In this document: in pieces, positions 27,730 through 39,000 of the stretch
Numbering within the stretch: position 1 is the first letter of the stretch
Layout of the letters: each line of letters starts with the position of its first letter
The notes under the pieces: model-generated
The model's database searches: none
What the model saw: only the letters and a program-made list of their open reading frames with translations
What the model was told of the DNA's origin: nothing
Assembly (NCBI GenBank): GCA_032128115.1
Contig: JAQBHB010000031.1
Location: forward strand, 32,001-96,000
Reading direction: 5' to 3'
DNA length: 64,000 nucleotides
Source: Deltaproteobacteria bacterium
GTDB taxonomy: Bacteria; Myxococcota_A; UBA9160; SMWR01
Translations under genes and position numbers: made by a program

Positions 27730-28682
27730 AACAGGAGACGTTCGAGCAGACCCGCGAAACACGCTGGCGCCGCTTCGAGGAAATCCTTGGTGGCCTGGAA
27801 GCCCGCGAAGCTGGCGATCCCGGCTTTCCCCGCATGTATCGCATGGTGTGCCAGGATCTGGCGCTGGCGCGGACCCGGGGCTTCGGCGCCTCGCTGGTGG
27901 ATCGCCTGAACGCGCTCGCGCTCCGCGGCCACCAGCACCTGTACAGCGACCGTGCGGATCGCATCCGTCCCGTCGAGTTCCTGGCCCGGACCTTTCCCCG
28001 GGCGGTGCGGCGCGAGGCTCGACTCGTGCTCCTGGTGTCGTTGCTCTTCTACGGGTCGGCGGGCCTGATCTACGTACTGGACATGCAATCGCCGAGCCTG
28101 ATCTACCACATGCTGAGTGCCGATCAGGTGGCGGATATGGAGTCGATGTACGACCCGCTCGCCGAACATCGCCGAGGCGAGCGCGAAACGACCGGCGACA
28201 TGGAGATGTTCGCTTACTACGTGAGCAACAACATCGGGATTTCGCTCAGGACCTTTGCGTGGGGAATCTTCTTCGGCATCGGGAGCGTCTTCGTGATCGT
28301 CTTCAACGGGATCTATCTCGGCGTGATCGCTGCGCACCTGACGATGGAAGGGTCGACCAGCACCTTCTTTCCCTTCGTGATCGGGCACGGTCCGTTCGAG
28401 CTGACCGCCATCGTGCTGGCCGGCGTGTGCGGCCTGAAGCTGGGCTGGACCCTGATCGCGCCGGGCCGCGACTCGCGCAAGATCGCGCTGCGCCAGGCGG
28501 CGCACAAAACCGTCCCGATCCTCTACGGCCTGATCCTGATGCTCCTGGTGGCGGCGGTGATCGAAGCGTTCTGGTCGTCGACCCATTGGGTGCCCGTGCC
28601 CGTGAAACTCGGAGTCGGAGCCGGGCTCTGGCTGGCGGTGGGCGGGTGGCTCGGGCTGGGCGGAAGAAGCCGTGCGAACTGA
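27726..28682 (+). CDS. SpoIIM-family (stage II sporulation M-like) membrane protein
   Basis: 'YR..CQDLALAR', 'YVSNNIGIS..TFA.GI', 'FNG', 'HGPFELTAI', 'AAVIEAF'. GTGA overlap with the RDD stop. Confidence 0.9.
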   Translation: MKQETFEQTRETRWRRFEEILGGLEAREAGDPGFPRMYRMVCQDLALARTRGFGASLVDRLNALALRGHQHLYSDRADRIRPVEFLARTFPRAVRREARLVLLVSLLFYGSAGLIYVLDMQSPSLIYHMLSADQVADMESMYDPLAEHRRGERETTGDMEMFAYYVSNNIGISLRTFAWGIFFGIGSVFVIVFNGIYLGVIAAHLTMEGSTSTFFPFVIGHGPFELTAIVLAGVCGLKLGWTLIAPGRDSRKIALRQAAHKTVPILYGLILMLLVAAVIEAFWSSTHWVPVPVKLGVGAGLWLAVGGWLGLGGRSRAN

Positions 28683-30159
28683 CCAGATAAAGGCCGTGCT
28701 GCGCGGCCGCGAGGGACTCGAGGCCGTGGACCTGGGCTTTCGCATGGCGCGCGCGTGGTGGCGCTCGCTGGCGGCCGGCTGGCTGGTCTTCGTGGCGCCC
28801 ATCGCCACGGGGATCATCCTGGCCCTGCGCGACCATCCCTTCTGGGCGCTGGCCCTGTTGTGGTGGCTGCGCCCCGCCTTCGCGCGCATCCCCCTGTCCA
28901 CCCTGAGCCGGCTGCTGTTCGGAGAACCCACCGGGTTGCTCACGACGGCCCGGGCCCTGCCCGACCTGCTGCGCTCGGGGCTGGCCACGTCGCTCTTCAT
29001 CCAGCGCCTGTCTCCGGCGCGAACCTTCCTGCTTCCGGTGCTCCAGCTGGAAGGCCTGCGCGGTGCGGCGCGTCGCCAGCGTTGCGCGGCCCTGGGTCGC
29101 CGCGACGCCGGATCGGCCATGGGACTCATGACCGCGGGCGCCTACTTCAACTTCGCCCTGATCCTGGGTGGGCTGCTTCTGGTGGATTTCCTGGTTCCTT
29201 CGGAGGTCGCGTGGAGCGTATTCCAGTGCTTCGAACCGCTGTGGGATGACAGCGCCAGCGGAGGTGCCCTGCTTCCCATCGTGTACTTCCTGGGCATGAG
29301 CGTCGTCGAACCCCTGCTGGTCGCCGGCGGCTTCGCTCTCTACCTGAACCGGCGGGTCTATCTGGAGGGCTGGGACATCGACCTGGCTCTGCGGCGTCTC
29401 ACGCGCAGGGTCGAGGAGCAGACGCACCGTTCCAGCCGCCTGCATGCCGCGATCCTGGCCGGATTCGCGCTGCTGGCGGCGGCTCCCGCCGCCGACGCCC
29501 AGGAGGTGTGCAATCCGGACGATCCGAGCTCGGCGAACGCCTGCATCCGCTCGGTCCTCGAGTCGGACGACTTCGGCTCGGTGCGCGAGGTTACCCGATG
29601 GGTGCGTCGCCAGGGCGACGAGAGTGCATTGGCGCCGTGGCCCGACGGCCTGTTCGATTGGTTGTTTCCCGACTGGCTGCCGGGCTTCCTGGCGTCCGGG
29701 TTCGAGCTCGGTCTGTGGATCGGCATTGCGGTACTTGGCGTGATGCTGGTGATGGCCGTGGCGCGCCGGATGGAGAAAATCAATCCGATGCCCACTGGCG
29801 TGCCGAAGCGGCGACCCCGCGTGTCGGGTCTCGATCTCGACCCCAGCTCACTGCCAGACGACGTGGTGGCCGCCGCCCGTGCCCATTGGGCCCGGGGGGC
29901 GCCCATCCAGGCGCTGAGCCTGCTGTACCGCGGAGCCCTGTCTCGGCTGGTCGAGCGCCGGTTGCTGCCGATTCCCGACAGCGCCACCGAGCTCGAGTGC
30001 GTGCGCCTTGTGGACCGCAGCCTCGAGGAAGACGCGGCCCGGACCTTCGGCGATCTGACCCTGGCGTGGATTGCCACGCGCTACGCGGGAGAGCCGCCGC
30101 CCACTTCTCTCTTCGAGAGCCTCTGCCAACGCTATCCGGTATTTGGAACGCCGTCGTGA
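28672..30159 (+). CDS. Membrane protein with C-terminal DUF4129-like domain
   Basis: 'EAVDLG', 'PVLQLEGL', 'GFALYLNRR..LEGWDI', 'ALSLLYRG', 'SATELEC'; operon context. Confidence 0.85.
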   Translation: MRTDQIKAVLRGREGLEAVDLGFRMARAWWRSLAAGWLVFVAPIATGIILALRDHPFWALALLWWLRPAFARIPLSTLSRLLFGEPTGLLTTARALPDLLRSGLATSLFIQRLSPARTFLLPVLQLEGLRGAARRQRCAALGRRDAGSAMGLMTAGAYFNFALILGGLLLVDFLVPSEVAWSVFQCFEPLWDDSASGGALLPIVYFLGMSVVEPLLVAGGFALYLNRRVYLEGWDIDLALRRLTRRVEEQTHRSSRLHAAILAGFALLAAAPAADAQEVCNPDDPSSANACIRSVLESDDFGSVREVTRWVRRQGDESALAPWPDGLFDWLFPDWLPGFLASGFELGLWIGIAVLGVMLVMAVARRMEKINPMPTGVPKRRPRVSGLDLDPSSLPDDVVAAARAHWARGAPIQALSLLYRGALSRLVERRLLPIPDSATELECVRLVDRSLEEDAARTFGDLTLAWIATRYAGEPPPTSLFESLCQRYPVFGTPS

Positions 30160-31388
30160 AGAAACGGCTGCGGACGATCGCGATCGCCGTGATGGCGGCG
30201 GCCAGCGCGGGCGGGCTCTTCCTGGCCTGCTTCGAGCGAAAGACCGATGAGGTCGAGATCGGCCGGTCGCAGGAAGCCCTCGGGAACCGCTACCTGGCGC
30301 TGGGTCGGACGCTCGAGCGTATGGGACACGAGACGGTCACACTCGGCGGGCCGAGCGAACTCCTGGAGAGGCTTCCGCCCAGCGATGGCACCCTCTTCCT
30401 GCCGATCCATCGCAGGACCTTGACCCGCGAGCACAACCAGCGTCTGCTCGACTGGGTGGAAGCGGGCGGACACCTGATCGCCGTAACCTACGCGCTCTGG
30501 GACGACCCGGAGCGGGAGCCCGACGATCTGCTGGACCGTTTCGGCTTCAAGCAGTATCAGCACCGCGCAGACGATGGCCCGCTAGCGAAGCCGCTGGCGC
30601 CCGACAAAACCGGAGAACTCGAAACGGATCCCGGTGGGGACGAGCCCAGAGGCGAACAGGAGGACTCGCGCTGGGAGGTGGCGGAAGCCCATTGGCCCGG
30701 CGTAAACGAGCCGCTGCAGGTGGCGTTCGACCCGAACTTCTACTGGGAGGCCGCCGACTGGGGCCAACCAGTCTGGAGAATCACCGGCGACCTGGGGACC
30801 CACCTGCTGACGATTGCCCACGGCGCCGGCCGGATCACCGCGGCCACGGACGACTACTTCCTGAGCAACGACTTCGCGGGCGACCTGGATCACGCGGAGC
30901 TGGCGGTGCGGCTTGCCCGGATGGGAGGTCGCAGCGGTCCCGTCTGGATCGTGTTCTCCGAGGAGTGGCCGGGGCTCTGGAGCCAGGCGCGAAAATACGC
31001 GACGCCCGTGATGCTGAGTCTCGCCCTGCTGATCGCGGCCTGGTTGTGGCGCGCTTCGCTCCGCTTCGGGCCGCTGCGGCCAGCCCCGTCTGGCGAGCGC
31101 CGGCGCTGGATGGAGCATCTGGAGGCTGTGGGCCGCTACCACTGGCGTCACGACCGGGGGCGAACCCTGGTCGAAGCCGCGCGTGCCAGTGTGGCAGGGT
31201 CACTCACGCGGCGGCGCCCGGGATGGGCCCGGCTCCCGATCCGGGACCGGGCTCGGCATCTGTCGGAGCTCACCGGACTCACCACCCTCCAGGCGGCCGC
31301 CGCCCTCGACGCATCGGTGTACCCCAGGGAGGAGAACCACTTCGCCACCACGATCGCCAGACTGGAGAGGATCCGAAAGGCCCTATGA
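30156..31388 (+). CDS. DUF4350-domain protein
   Basis: N-terminal TM, 'LLDWVEAGGHLI', 'G.GRI', second TM then 'RFGP', 'EHLEA.GR'. GTGA coupling. Confidence 0.85.
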   Translation: MKKRLRTIAIAVMAAASAGGLFLACFERKTDEVEIGRSQEALGNRYLALGRTLERMGHETVTLGGPSELLERLPPSDGTLFLPIHRRTLTREHNQRLLDWVEAGGHLIAVTYALWDDPEREPDDLLDRFGFKQYQHRADDGPLAKPLAPDKTGELETDPGGDEPRGEQEDSRWEVAEAHWPGVNEPLQVAFDPNFYWEAADWGQPVWRITGDLGTHLLTIAHGAGRITAATDDYFLSNDFAGDLDHAELAVRLARMGGRSGPVWIVFSEEWPGLWSQARKYATPVMLSLALLIAAWLWRASLRFGPLRPAPSGERRRWMEHLEAVGRYHWRHDRGRTLVEAARASVAGSLTRRRPGWARLPIRDRARHLSELTGLTTLQAAAALDASVYPREENHFATTIARLERIRKAL

Positions 31389-32368
31389 GCACCGAAGTGC
31401 AGTCTCCGCTTCCCCTGGCCGAAGCCACCGCCTTGGCCTCGCGCATCCGCCACGAGATCTCCAAGGCGATGATCGGACAGCAGGCCGTCGTCGAGCAGGT
31501 GATCATCACGTTGGTGGCCGCTGGCCACGGCTTGCTCGAGGGCGTCCCCGGCCTGGGCAAGACCCTGCTGGCCCGGGCCCTGGCCCTGAGCTTCTCGGGC
31601 TCGACCCGTCGGGTGCAGTTCACGCCGGACCTGATGCCGGCCGACCTGGTGGGACACGTGATGTACGAGGCGAAAAGCGGCGAGATGCGTCTGCGTCGCG
31701 GGCCCGTCTTTACCAACCTGCTACTGGCCGACGAGATCAACCGGGCGCCCGCCAAGACCCAGTCGGCCCTGCTCGAGGTGATGCAGGAACGGCAGGTCAC
31801 CATCGAGGGCGATTCGCTTCCGGTACCCGCGCCGTTCCTGACCCTGGCCACCCAGAACCCCATCGAGATGGAGGGCACGTATCCCCTGCCCGAGGCCCAG
31901 CTGGATCGCTTTCTCCTGAAGATCCACCTGGACTACCCCAGTGAAGACGAGGAGGTGAGGCTCACGCGCCACGTGACCGACGGTCGCGTGGGAGATGCCC
32001 TGCCTATCGAGAGCGTGTGTGCCGTGGCCCAACCCGAAGACGTGTCGCGCCTGCAGGCCGCAGCCGCGGAAATTCGCGTGGACGAGAGTGTTCGCGAGTA
32101 CGCGGTTCGCATCACGCGCGCCACACGGGAGCGCCCGGACGTCTCCATCGGCGCCGGGCCCCGAGGCGCCATTGCCACCATCCGCGCGGCGCGTGCGGTG
32201 GCTCTGCTCGCTGGCCGTGACTTCGTGCTTCCGGACGATCTCAAGTCGGTGGCGCTGCCCGCCCTTCGCCATCGGGTGCTGCTCTCTCCCGAGGCCGAAC
32301 TCGAGGGGCGCACCGCGGACATGGTGGTGACGGCGGTGCTCGAGGAGGTGGAGGCCCCGCGCCGGTGA
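31385..32368 (+). CDS. moxR: MoxR-family AAA+ ATPase
   Basis: 'LEGVPGLGKT', 'RVQFTPDLMPAD', 'LLADEINRAPAKTQSALLEVMQE', 'ATQNPIE.EGTYPLPEAQLDRF'. Confidence 0.96.
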   Translation: MSTEVQSPLPLAEATALASRIRHEISKAMIGQQAVVEQVIITLVAAGHGLLEGVPGLGKTLLARALALSFSGSTRRVQFTPDLMPADLVGHVMYEAKSGEMRLRRGPVFTNLLLADEINRAPAKTQSALLEVMQERQVTIEGDSLPVPAPFLTLATQNPIEMEGTYPLPEAQLDRFLLKIHLDYPSEDEEVRLTRHVTDGRVGDALPIESVCAVAQPEDVSRLQAAAAEIRVDESVREYAVRITRATRERPDVSIGAGPRGAIATIRAARAVALLAGRDFVLPDDLKSVALPALRHRVLLSPEAELEGRTADMVVTAVLEEVEAPRR

Positions 32369-33669
32369 GCCCGTCGCGACGCACGCTGGCACTGCTCCTG
32401 GCCTGGTTCGGCCTGGGAATCGCCGCCTCGCTCTCGTCGGATTTCGGACCCCTGTGGCTGGCGTCGGGCGTCGCCATCGCGGGCATCGTGTTGCTCGACG
32501 TCCTGTGGACACAATGGACCCGGGTGCCTGACCTTGCACGCACGCTTCCCAGCGTGCTGCCCATGGGCGTCTGGAGCCCGGTTGCGCTCTCGTTGGAGAA
32601 CACGAGCCGACGCTCCATCGCCCTGCGCCTGTTCGACCACCACCCGCCGGAAATGGCGATCGAAGGGCTTCCGGTGGAGCTCGTCCTGGCACCACAGACC
32701 CGCACCCGGATCGACTACCGGCTGCGGCCGCTTGCGCGCGGCCGGCACCGCTTCGAGCCCGCCCAGATTCGCATGCGCTCGCGCCTGGGTCTGGTCGAGC
32801 GCCACGCGAAGACGGGCCCCGTTCAGGAGGTTCGCGCCTACCCCAACTTCCGGGCCAGCATCGGGTACGAGCTGCTGGCGCTGGAGAACCGAACCGGAGC
32901 GCTCGGCATCCGTCGGCGACCGCGGCGCGGCGAGGGCCTCGACTTCCACCAGTTGCGCGAATACCGCGCCGGCGACAGCCTGCGTCAGATCGACTGGAAG
33001 TCGACGGCGCGCCTGGGCAAGACCATCTCGCGCGAGTACCAGGACGAGCGCGACCAGCAGATCCTGTTCCTGCTGGATTGCGGCCGCCGCCTGCGTGCCA
33101 AGGACGGCGATCGCTCCCACTTCGACGCCGTGCTCGACGCGGTATTGCTGACGGCGCACGTGGCCATGCGCCAGGGCGACGCCGTGGGACTCATGACCTT
33201 CGGCGGCGAACGCCGCTGGCTCGCCCCCCGCAAGGGCTCGAGCCACCTGAACCGGCTCCTGAATGCGGTCTACGACCTCGAGCCCAGCTCCCAGGCCGCC
33301 GACTTCAACTCGGCGGCTCGCGACCTGGTCACGCGGGCTCGCAAGCGCGCCCTGGTGATCCTGATCTCGAATGTGCGCGACGAAGACACCGAAGAGCTGC
33401 AGATGAGTCTGCGCCTGCTGTCGCGGCGGCACCTGGTGCTGCTGGCGAGCCTGCGCGAGGAGGGGCTGGCCGAGGCCCTTCGCGCTCCGGTGCGTCGGCT
33501 CGAAGACGCCACGCGAGTCGCCTCGGTGCACCTCTACCTGGAGCAGCGGAAACGGGCGCTCCAGCAGCTGGGCCACGCCGGCGCGATCCTGCTGGACGGT
33601 CGCGCCGCCGAGCTTCCTGTGGCCCTGGTGAACCGTTACCTGGACGTGAAGGCCGCGGGCCTGCTCTAG
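32365..33669 (+). CDS. DUF58 (vWA-like) protein
   Basis: 'GEGLDFHQLREYRAGDSLRQIDWKSTAR', 'LLDCGRR', 'GDAVGL'. Confidence 0.93.
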   Translation: MSPSRRTLALLLAWFGLGIAASLSSDFGPLWLASGVAIAGIVLLDVLWTQWTRVPDLARTLPSVLPMGVWSPVALSLENTSRRSIALRLFDHHPPEMAIEGLPVELVLAPQTRTRIDYRLRPLARGRHRFEPAQIRMRSRLGLVERHAKTGPVQEVRAYPNFRASIGYELLALENRTGALGIRRRPRRGEGLDFHQLREYRAGDSLRQIDWKSTARLGKTISREYQDERDQQILFLLDCGRRLRAKDGDRSHFDAVLDAVLLTAHVAMRQGDAVGLMTFGGERRWLAPRKGSSHLNRLLNAVYDLEPSSQAADFNSAARDLVTRARKRALVILISNVRDEDTEELQMSLRLLSRRHLVLLASLREEGLAEALRAPVRRLEDATRVASVHLYLEQRKRALQQLGHAGAILLDGRAAELPVALVNRYLDVKAAGLL

Positions 33670-36071
33670 ACCGTTCCAGACATCGGGTACTGTCGCCGCG
33701 TCACCAGCATCAGCAAGGCGGGTGTGGCGGTGATGTCCAGCACGAAGGCGGAACCCACGGCGAATGCCGTGAGCACGCCGAAATCCCGCAGGTTGCCCAT
33801 GCTCGAGAGAACGAACACCAGGAATCCGCAGGTGAGCACCACCGACGTAAAGAGCAGCGCCCTGCCGGTGGTTTCGAGAGCCCGCTCCACGGCGCGCATC
33901 GGATCGCGCGTCTCTGCCAGGTAGCGGCGAAAGCCCGAGATCAGGTGGATGGTATCGTCCACCGCAAGGCCGATGGCGATGCAGCCGATCATGAGCGTGA
34001 ACATATCGAGAGTGATGTCCATCAGGGTCATGAGGGCCAGGGTCATGGCGATGGGGATCAGGTTCGGCACCATGGAAACCAGACCCGATCGCAGGCTTCC
34101 GATCAGCAGCATCATGAGCGGGGTGATCAGGATCAGCGCCAGGCTGTAGCTGCGGGCGAGGCTCCGGATCGTGGCACGCACGGTTCCCGTGATCACGGCG
34201 GACATGCCGGTGATGGTGATCTCGCCCGCGCTGCCCATGATCTCCGGAAATTCACGGGCGGCCCGGTCCAGGAGCCCCTCCAGCTCGAAGCCGTCCAGCC
34301 AGATGTTGCGCACGCTCATCCGCGCCACGCTGAACTGGGAGTCCACCAGCCGCTCCAGCTCGTCGTTTCCGCTGTTCTCGAACAGCAGCAGTTCCTGGGC
34401 CACGAGGCTTCGATCCTGTGGGATCGCGTAGAACTCGGAGCGGTTTTCGTTCAGTGCCTGGTGGCTCTCCTTGACGACGTCCAGCAGCGACGAGGTGCCG
34501 CGCACGGCGAGTCCCTCGTCGCGGTAGACGCCCACACGCCGGCGCACCTCCTCCATCCGGTTCAGCACGTCGGGCTCTTGCAGGCCGTTCTCGCGATCCG
34601 TGTCCACCACGAGCTCGATTGTCAGCGCGCCCCCCATGCGCTCGTCCACGTAGTTCATGGCGGTGCGGAAGTCGTGACTCTCGGGCAGGTACTCCAGGGG
34701 ATTGCTGGAGAAGCGCACCTGCGCGGCCAGACCGACGGAGATGACGCCCAGCGCCCCGACCACGAGCACTACCTTCCAGGGGTTGCGTGCCGCCATCATC
34801 CCGCAGGCCGAGAGCAACCGGTCGTGAAGCTCGCCGGCGGCGGCCTGGGGACGCGGCTTCATCGGTACCGCGGCCAGCAGGGCCGGCAGCAGCACCAGGG
34901 AGTAGACCAGGGTGGCGCCCACCCCCAGGGAGCCCACGATGCCAAACTCGTTGATGGGCGAGAGCTCCGCCGCCAGGAACGAAAGCATGCCCGCCACGGT
35001 CGTGACGCCCGTCATGAGAATCGGCAGGCCCGAATGTTCGAGCGCGTGCACGAGCGCCGCACGGCGATCGCCGTGCTCGTCCAGGTGCTGCAGGAAGATG
35101 GCGATCAGGTGCACCGAGTAGCCGATACCCACCGCCAGCAGGAACGAGGGCAGGATCTGGGACGAGAGCGTGAGGCCGATCCCCATCAGGTCCGATAATC
35201 CCATGGTGGTAACGATGGCCAGCACCACCACCGCGAGGGTCAGGAGCACCGGCGCGATCCTGCGGAACAATACGAACAGCAGACCGCCCATCACCAGGAG
35301 CGACACGCCGGAGAAGAGGGGCATCTCGCGCACCATGGCCATCTGCAGCTCGTATGGGAGCAATACGCTCCCCGCGATCTGGATCGGGAAGTCGGGGGCC
35401 TGGTACTCCGCCACCACGTCCTTCACCGCCCGCACGATCTCGGCATTCTCGTCTCCGTTCAGGAAGACGCGAGCCACCGGCGCAGCAGGAGATTCGTCGT
35501 CGAAGCCCGTCAGCAGATCGTCTCCCGAGCCCAGAGACGAATAGGCGTCGGTCTCGATGATGATGCTGGTGATGCGGCCGTCTGCAGAAATCACCCCGTC
35601 CAGGTAGGAGGGCGTGCTCATCACCCGCGCGCGCAGCGCCTCGAGGTCGGCGGCGGTTTGCGGCATCTCCTCCATCAGGTCCTCGACCACCAACTCGTCG
35701 CCCAGGCCGTAGATCGAGCGAATGTTGACCAGGCTCGTGACCCGGTCCAGGTAGGGAATGCGATCCGTGAGGTCCACGTGCAGGCGCCGCAGCGTTGCGA
35801 GGAACTCCAGGTCGAAAATACTCGGCGGCTCGATGGCGAGGATCACCAGTTGGTCGCGACCGAAGCGCTCGCGCAACTCGTCATAGGCCAGCTTCACCGG
35901 ATCGTGGCCACGCAGCCAGCTCTCGGTGGAGGTGTCGATCTCCACATAGGGCAGTCGGGTGGCCAGGCCCAGCGCCAGGCCCACCATGGCAAAGATGGTG
36001 AGGGCTCGATGGCCCGAGACCCACCCGCCCCAGGCGCCGAGAGCCTTTTCGATTCGTTGGCGCAGCGCCAT
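33666..36071 (-). CDS. MMPL/RND-family transporter
   Basis: Two repeats of TM + periplasmic domain + 5 TM; 'GVTTVAG', 'PNLIP', 'IGLAVDDTIH', 'TGRALLFTS'. Confidence 0.93.
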   Translation of the reverse strand: MALRQRIEKALGAWGGWVSGHRALTIFAMVGLALGLATRLPYVEIDTSTESWLRGHDPVKLAYDELRERFGRDQLVILAIEPPSIFDLEFLATLRRLHVDLTDRIPYLDRVTSLVNIRSIYGLGDELVVEDLMEEMPQTAADLEALRARVMSTPSYLDGVISADGRITSIIIETDAYSSLGSGDDLLTGFDDESPAAPVARVFLNGDENAEIVRAVKDVVAEYQAPDFPIQIAGSVLLPYELQMAMVREMPLFSGVSLLVMGGLLFVLFRRIAPVLLTLAVVVLAIVTTMGLSDLMGIGLTLSSQILPSFLLAVGIGYSVHLIAIFLQHLDEHGDRRAALVHALEHSGLPILMTGVTTVAGMLSFLAAELSPINEFGIVGSLGVGATLVYSLVLLPALLAAVPMKPRPQAAAGELHDRLLSACGMMAARNPWKVVLVVGALGVISVGLAAQVRFSSNPLEYLPESHDFRTAMNYVDERMGGALTIELVVDTDRENGLQEPDVLNRMEEVRRRVGVYRDEGLAVRGTSSLLDVVKESHQALNENRSEFYAIPQDRSLVAQELLLFENSGNDELERLVDSQFSVARMSVRNIWLDGFELEGLLDRAAREFPEIMGSAGEITITGMSAVITGTVRATIRSLARSYSLALILITPLMMLLIGSLRSGLVSMVPNLIPIAMTLALMTLMDITLDMFTLMIGCIAIGLAVDDTIHLISGFRRYLAETRDPMRAVERALETTGRALLFTSVVLTCGFLVFVLSSMGNLRDFGVLTAFAVGSAFVLDITATPALLMLVTRRQYPMSGTV

Positions 36072-36083
36072 GCGGCGGAGATG

Positions 36084-39000
36084 CTAGTCGAAGGCCGCTT
36101 CCAGGCGCGAGAGCACCTGCTCCTCGGAGCGCGAGATGGCACCCAGACCCATCACGCCGCCGGCCGAAGTGGCGACATCCCGGGCGTGACCCAGGATGCC
36201 ACTGCGCAGGCGCAGTCTCGCCTCGACGCTGAGTGCCCCGCACACCGTTTCGATATACGAACGCCAGAGCGCGTCCAGGCCCGGATCCGGCGGGCGCTCG
36301 AGCCACACCCGCAGCAGACCGAAGCTGGGGCTTTCCGGGTCGATGCCACTGGATTCGGCGCCCGCCAGGATCGCGCGCTTCTCGCGCTCGTCCATGTGTC
36401 CGTCCGCCCAGGCCACCTGCACCAGCGGAATCAGCGTGAGGGCGGCCAGGGTCTCGGCGCCGATTCCCAGGCGCGTCAGGCCTGCGACCAGCTCCGCAGG
36501 GTCCGGCTTCCCGGGCGCCGTCTTGCCGGCGTCGCGATCGCCCAGTCGTGAGCGAAACGCGTCCGCCTCGCGTTGGAAGAACGCGTCTTCGAGGGCCCGC
36601 CCCCGGGTCTCGAGCCGCGCCTGGCGGGCGGCATCCACGGGCGCGCCTCCCATTCGGACGCGTTCGCGCTGGGTGGCGCGGGTCATGCGTTCGGCGAGCA
36701 TGGCATTCAGGTTGCGGAACACCACCGCGGCCACCCGCGGGTAGCGCCGCCCCAGCTGGTCGATGGAGGCCTGGTCCAGGCGCAGCAGGCGCGCGTCCGA
36801 AAGCACATCCACGTCAGCGGTGCGGTTTTCGTGGAAGAGACCGATCTCGCCGCACACGCCGCCCCGCTCATGGGTCGCCAGCTCCACCCGTTCGCCGCCC
36901 TGGTGCAGGCTCGCCTGCAGGCGCCCCTGGATCACCACATAGAGCGAATCGCCCGGCTCACCGGCCTCGAACAGACGCCGCCCCGACGGCACGTCGAGCA
37001 TGCTGGCCATGAGCGCCACGATCCGCGCCTGACGGGCCGAGAGGCCACGGAACAACGGGATCGAATGCTGAGGATCCCGCCCCAGATCGATGGTGAGCAG
37101 ATCCCACAGGGTGGCGACGCGGAGCCTGGCACACAGCGCCGGCGTCAACACCATGTCGGTGGCCCAGGCGAACGCCAGCGCCAACGCCGCCATGTTGCCC
37201 AGGGTGGCAAGCGTGGCCAACTCGCTGGCGTTCAGGGTCAGGAAGCCCAGGCACAGGGCCAGGCTCGTGAGCGTGACGGGGCGCCCGACGGACTTCAGCG
37301 CCGAGATGGCGGCCCGCCCCTCGTCGCCCAGGCGCCGCGACTCGCGGATGAAGCGCGCGAAGTAGTGGATGGTGTCGTCGACCGCGATCCCGAGCACCAT
37401 GGGGGCCACCAGACTCATGCCCGGATCCAGGCGTATCCCCGTGAGTCCCAGGGCGCCGAAGTAGAAGGCCACGGGCAATGCGTTGGGGATCAACGCGATC
37501 AGGCCGATCCGAAGCGAAACGAACATGGCCGCCAGGATCGCGTAGATGATCAGAAACGCCGCCACGACGCTGGTGGCCTGGCCCCGGATGATGGCATCGA
37601 GCGCGCCGTTGAAGACGATACTCGTCCCCGTGACCGTGGCCAGCATGCGACGCGGGAGTTCGGCGAGGCGCGCCTCGATGCGCCGGGTGAGATCGGACAC
37701 TTCCTGGGAATCCATCACCCGGGCGCGAACCTGGATGCTGGCGGTGCGGTAGCGCGCGTCCACGAAGCGGTCCAGCTCGTCGCTGCCGCCGAAGACCAGG
37801 AGCTGACGCACGGTGCTGCGTTTTTCTGGAATTGCAAAGTACGACGGATCGTTGCCGTTGAAACCGCGGTTGATGAGCTTGATGTAGTCCACCATCGACG
37901 CGGTGCCGCCGATCTCGGGCTGGAGTTCCAGCCAGGTCTGGAGCGCATCGATCTGGCCCAGATCGTCCGGGTCCAGCAGCCCCTCGGGCACCTCGCTCTC
38001 GATCACCACGTGGAAGAGGTTCGAGCCCTGCAGGTTCTCGTTGATGGCCTCGAAATCCACGCGCACCGGAGCGTCCGGGCGAAACTTCCCGATCTGGTCG
38101 GTCCCCACCTGCAGCCGGCTCGCGCCGAACAGGGCCAGCGCGAACAGGCCGGCGGCCCCGATGAAGATGGGGCGGCGATTCGACACCGCGAAGCGGCCCA
38201 CCCGCTCGACCCCGCGATCGAAGCTCCAGGCGGAACGCCGCGGGCGCCACGCCCGCACGCGCCGGGGGGGACCCAGCAGCGCCAGACAGGCCGGCGTGAA
38301 CGTGAGCGAGGCCACCACGGTGCAGGCCACGCCCACCACCGACAGCAGACCGAACTCGCGCACGGCGCCCAGGGGGCTCAGGCACAGGGATGCGAATCCC
38401 ACGGCGGTGGTGAGCCCGGTGATGACCACGGGCAGCGAAACCCGCGACAACACCTCTTCCACCGGCCCGCCCGCCAGTGGGTCGTCCCGCACCACGTCGT
38501 AGTACTCGGCCACGACGTGCACCGAATAGGAGAGTGCCAGGGTGGTGAGCAGCGGGGGAATCATGGAGGTGACCGCATTCAGGTCGAAGCCCAGCACCAC
38601 CACCCACGCCAGCGTCCACGCCACCGAGACGGCGATCGTGGCCAGGGGCAGCAGGACACCCCGGAGTGTGCGAAAGCTCGCGGCCAGCACGGCGCTCAGC
38701 ACCGCCAGCATCAGCAGCGGAAGCGTCAGGGTCTCGCGCATGAACACGGCGGCGGTTTCGGCGCGCACGTGGGGTCCGCCAGTGATCCAGAACTCGACTC
38801 CTGGCTCGCCGCCGATCTCCTCCCGGGTGCCCTGCCCGATGCGGCCATTCAGCCCCGAGGACACGTACTCCTTGTGCGACATGTCGTCGAAGTAGACCAC
38901 CAGCACGCTGGTGCGTGCGTCCCGCGAGACCAGGCTCCCGGCGAAGAAGGGGTTGTCCATCACCTGCTCGCGCAGGTCCGAAAGGGCCTCGGGCGACAGC

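Noticed and set aside
27726..28682. SpoIIM-like gene as evidence of sporulation
   Set aside because: This family is a regular member of RDD/MoxR/DUF58 operons in non-sporulating bacteria.
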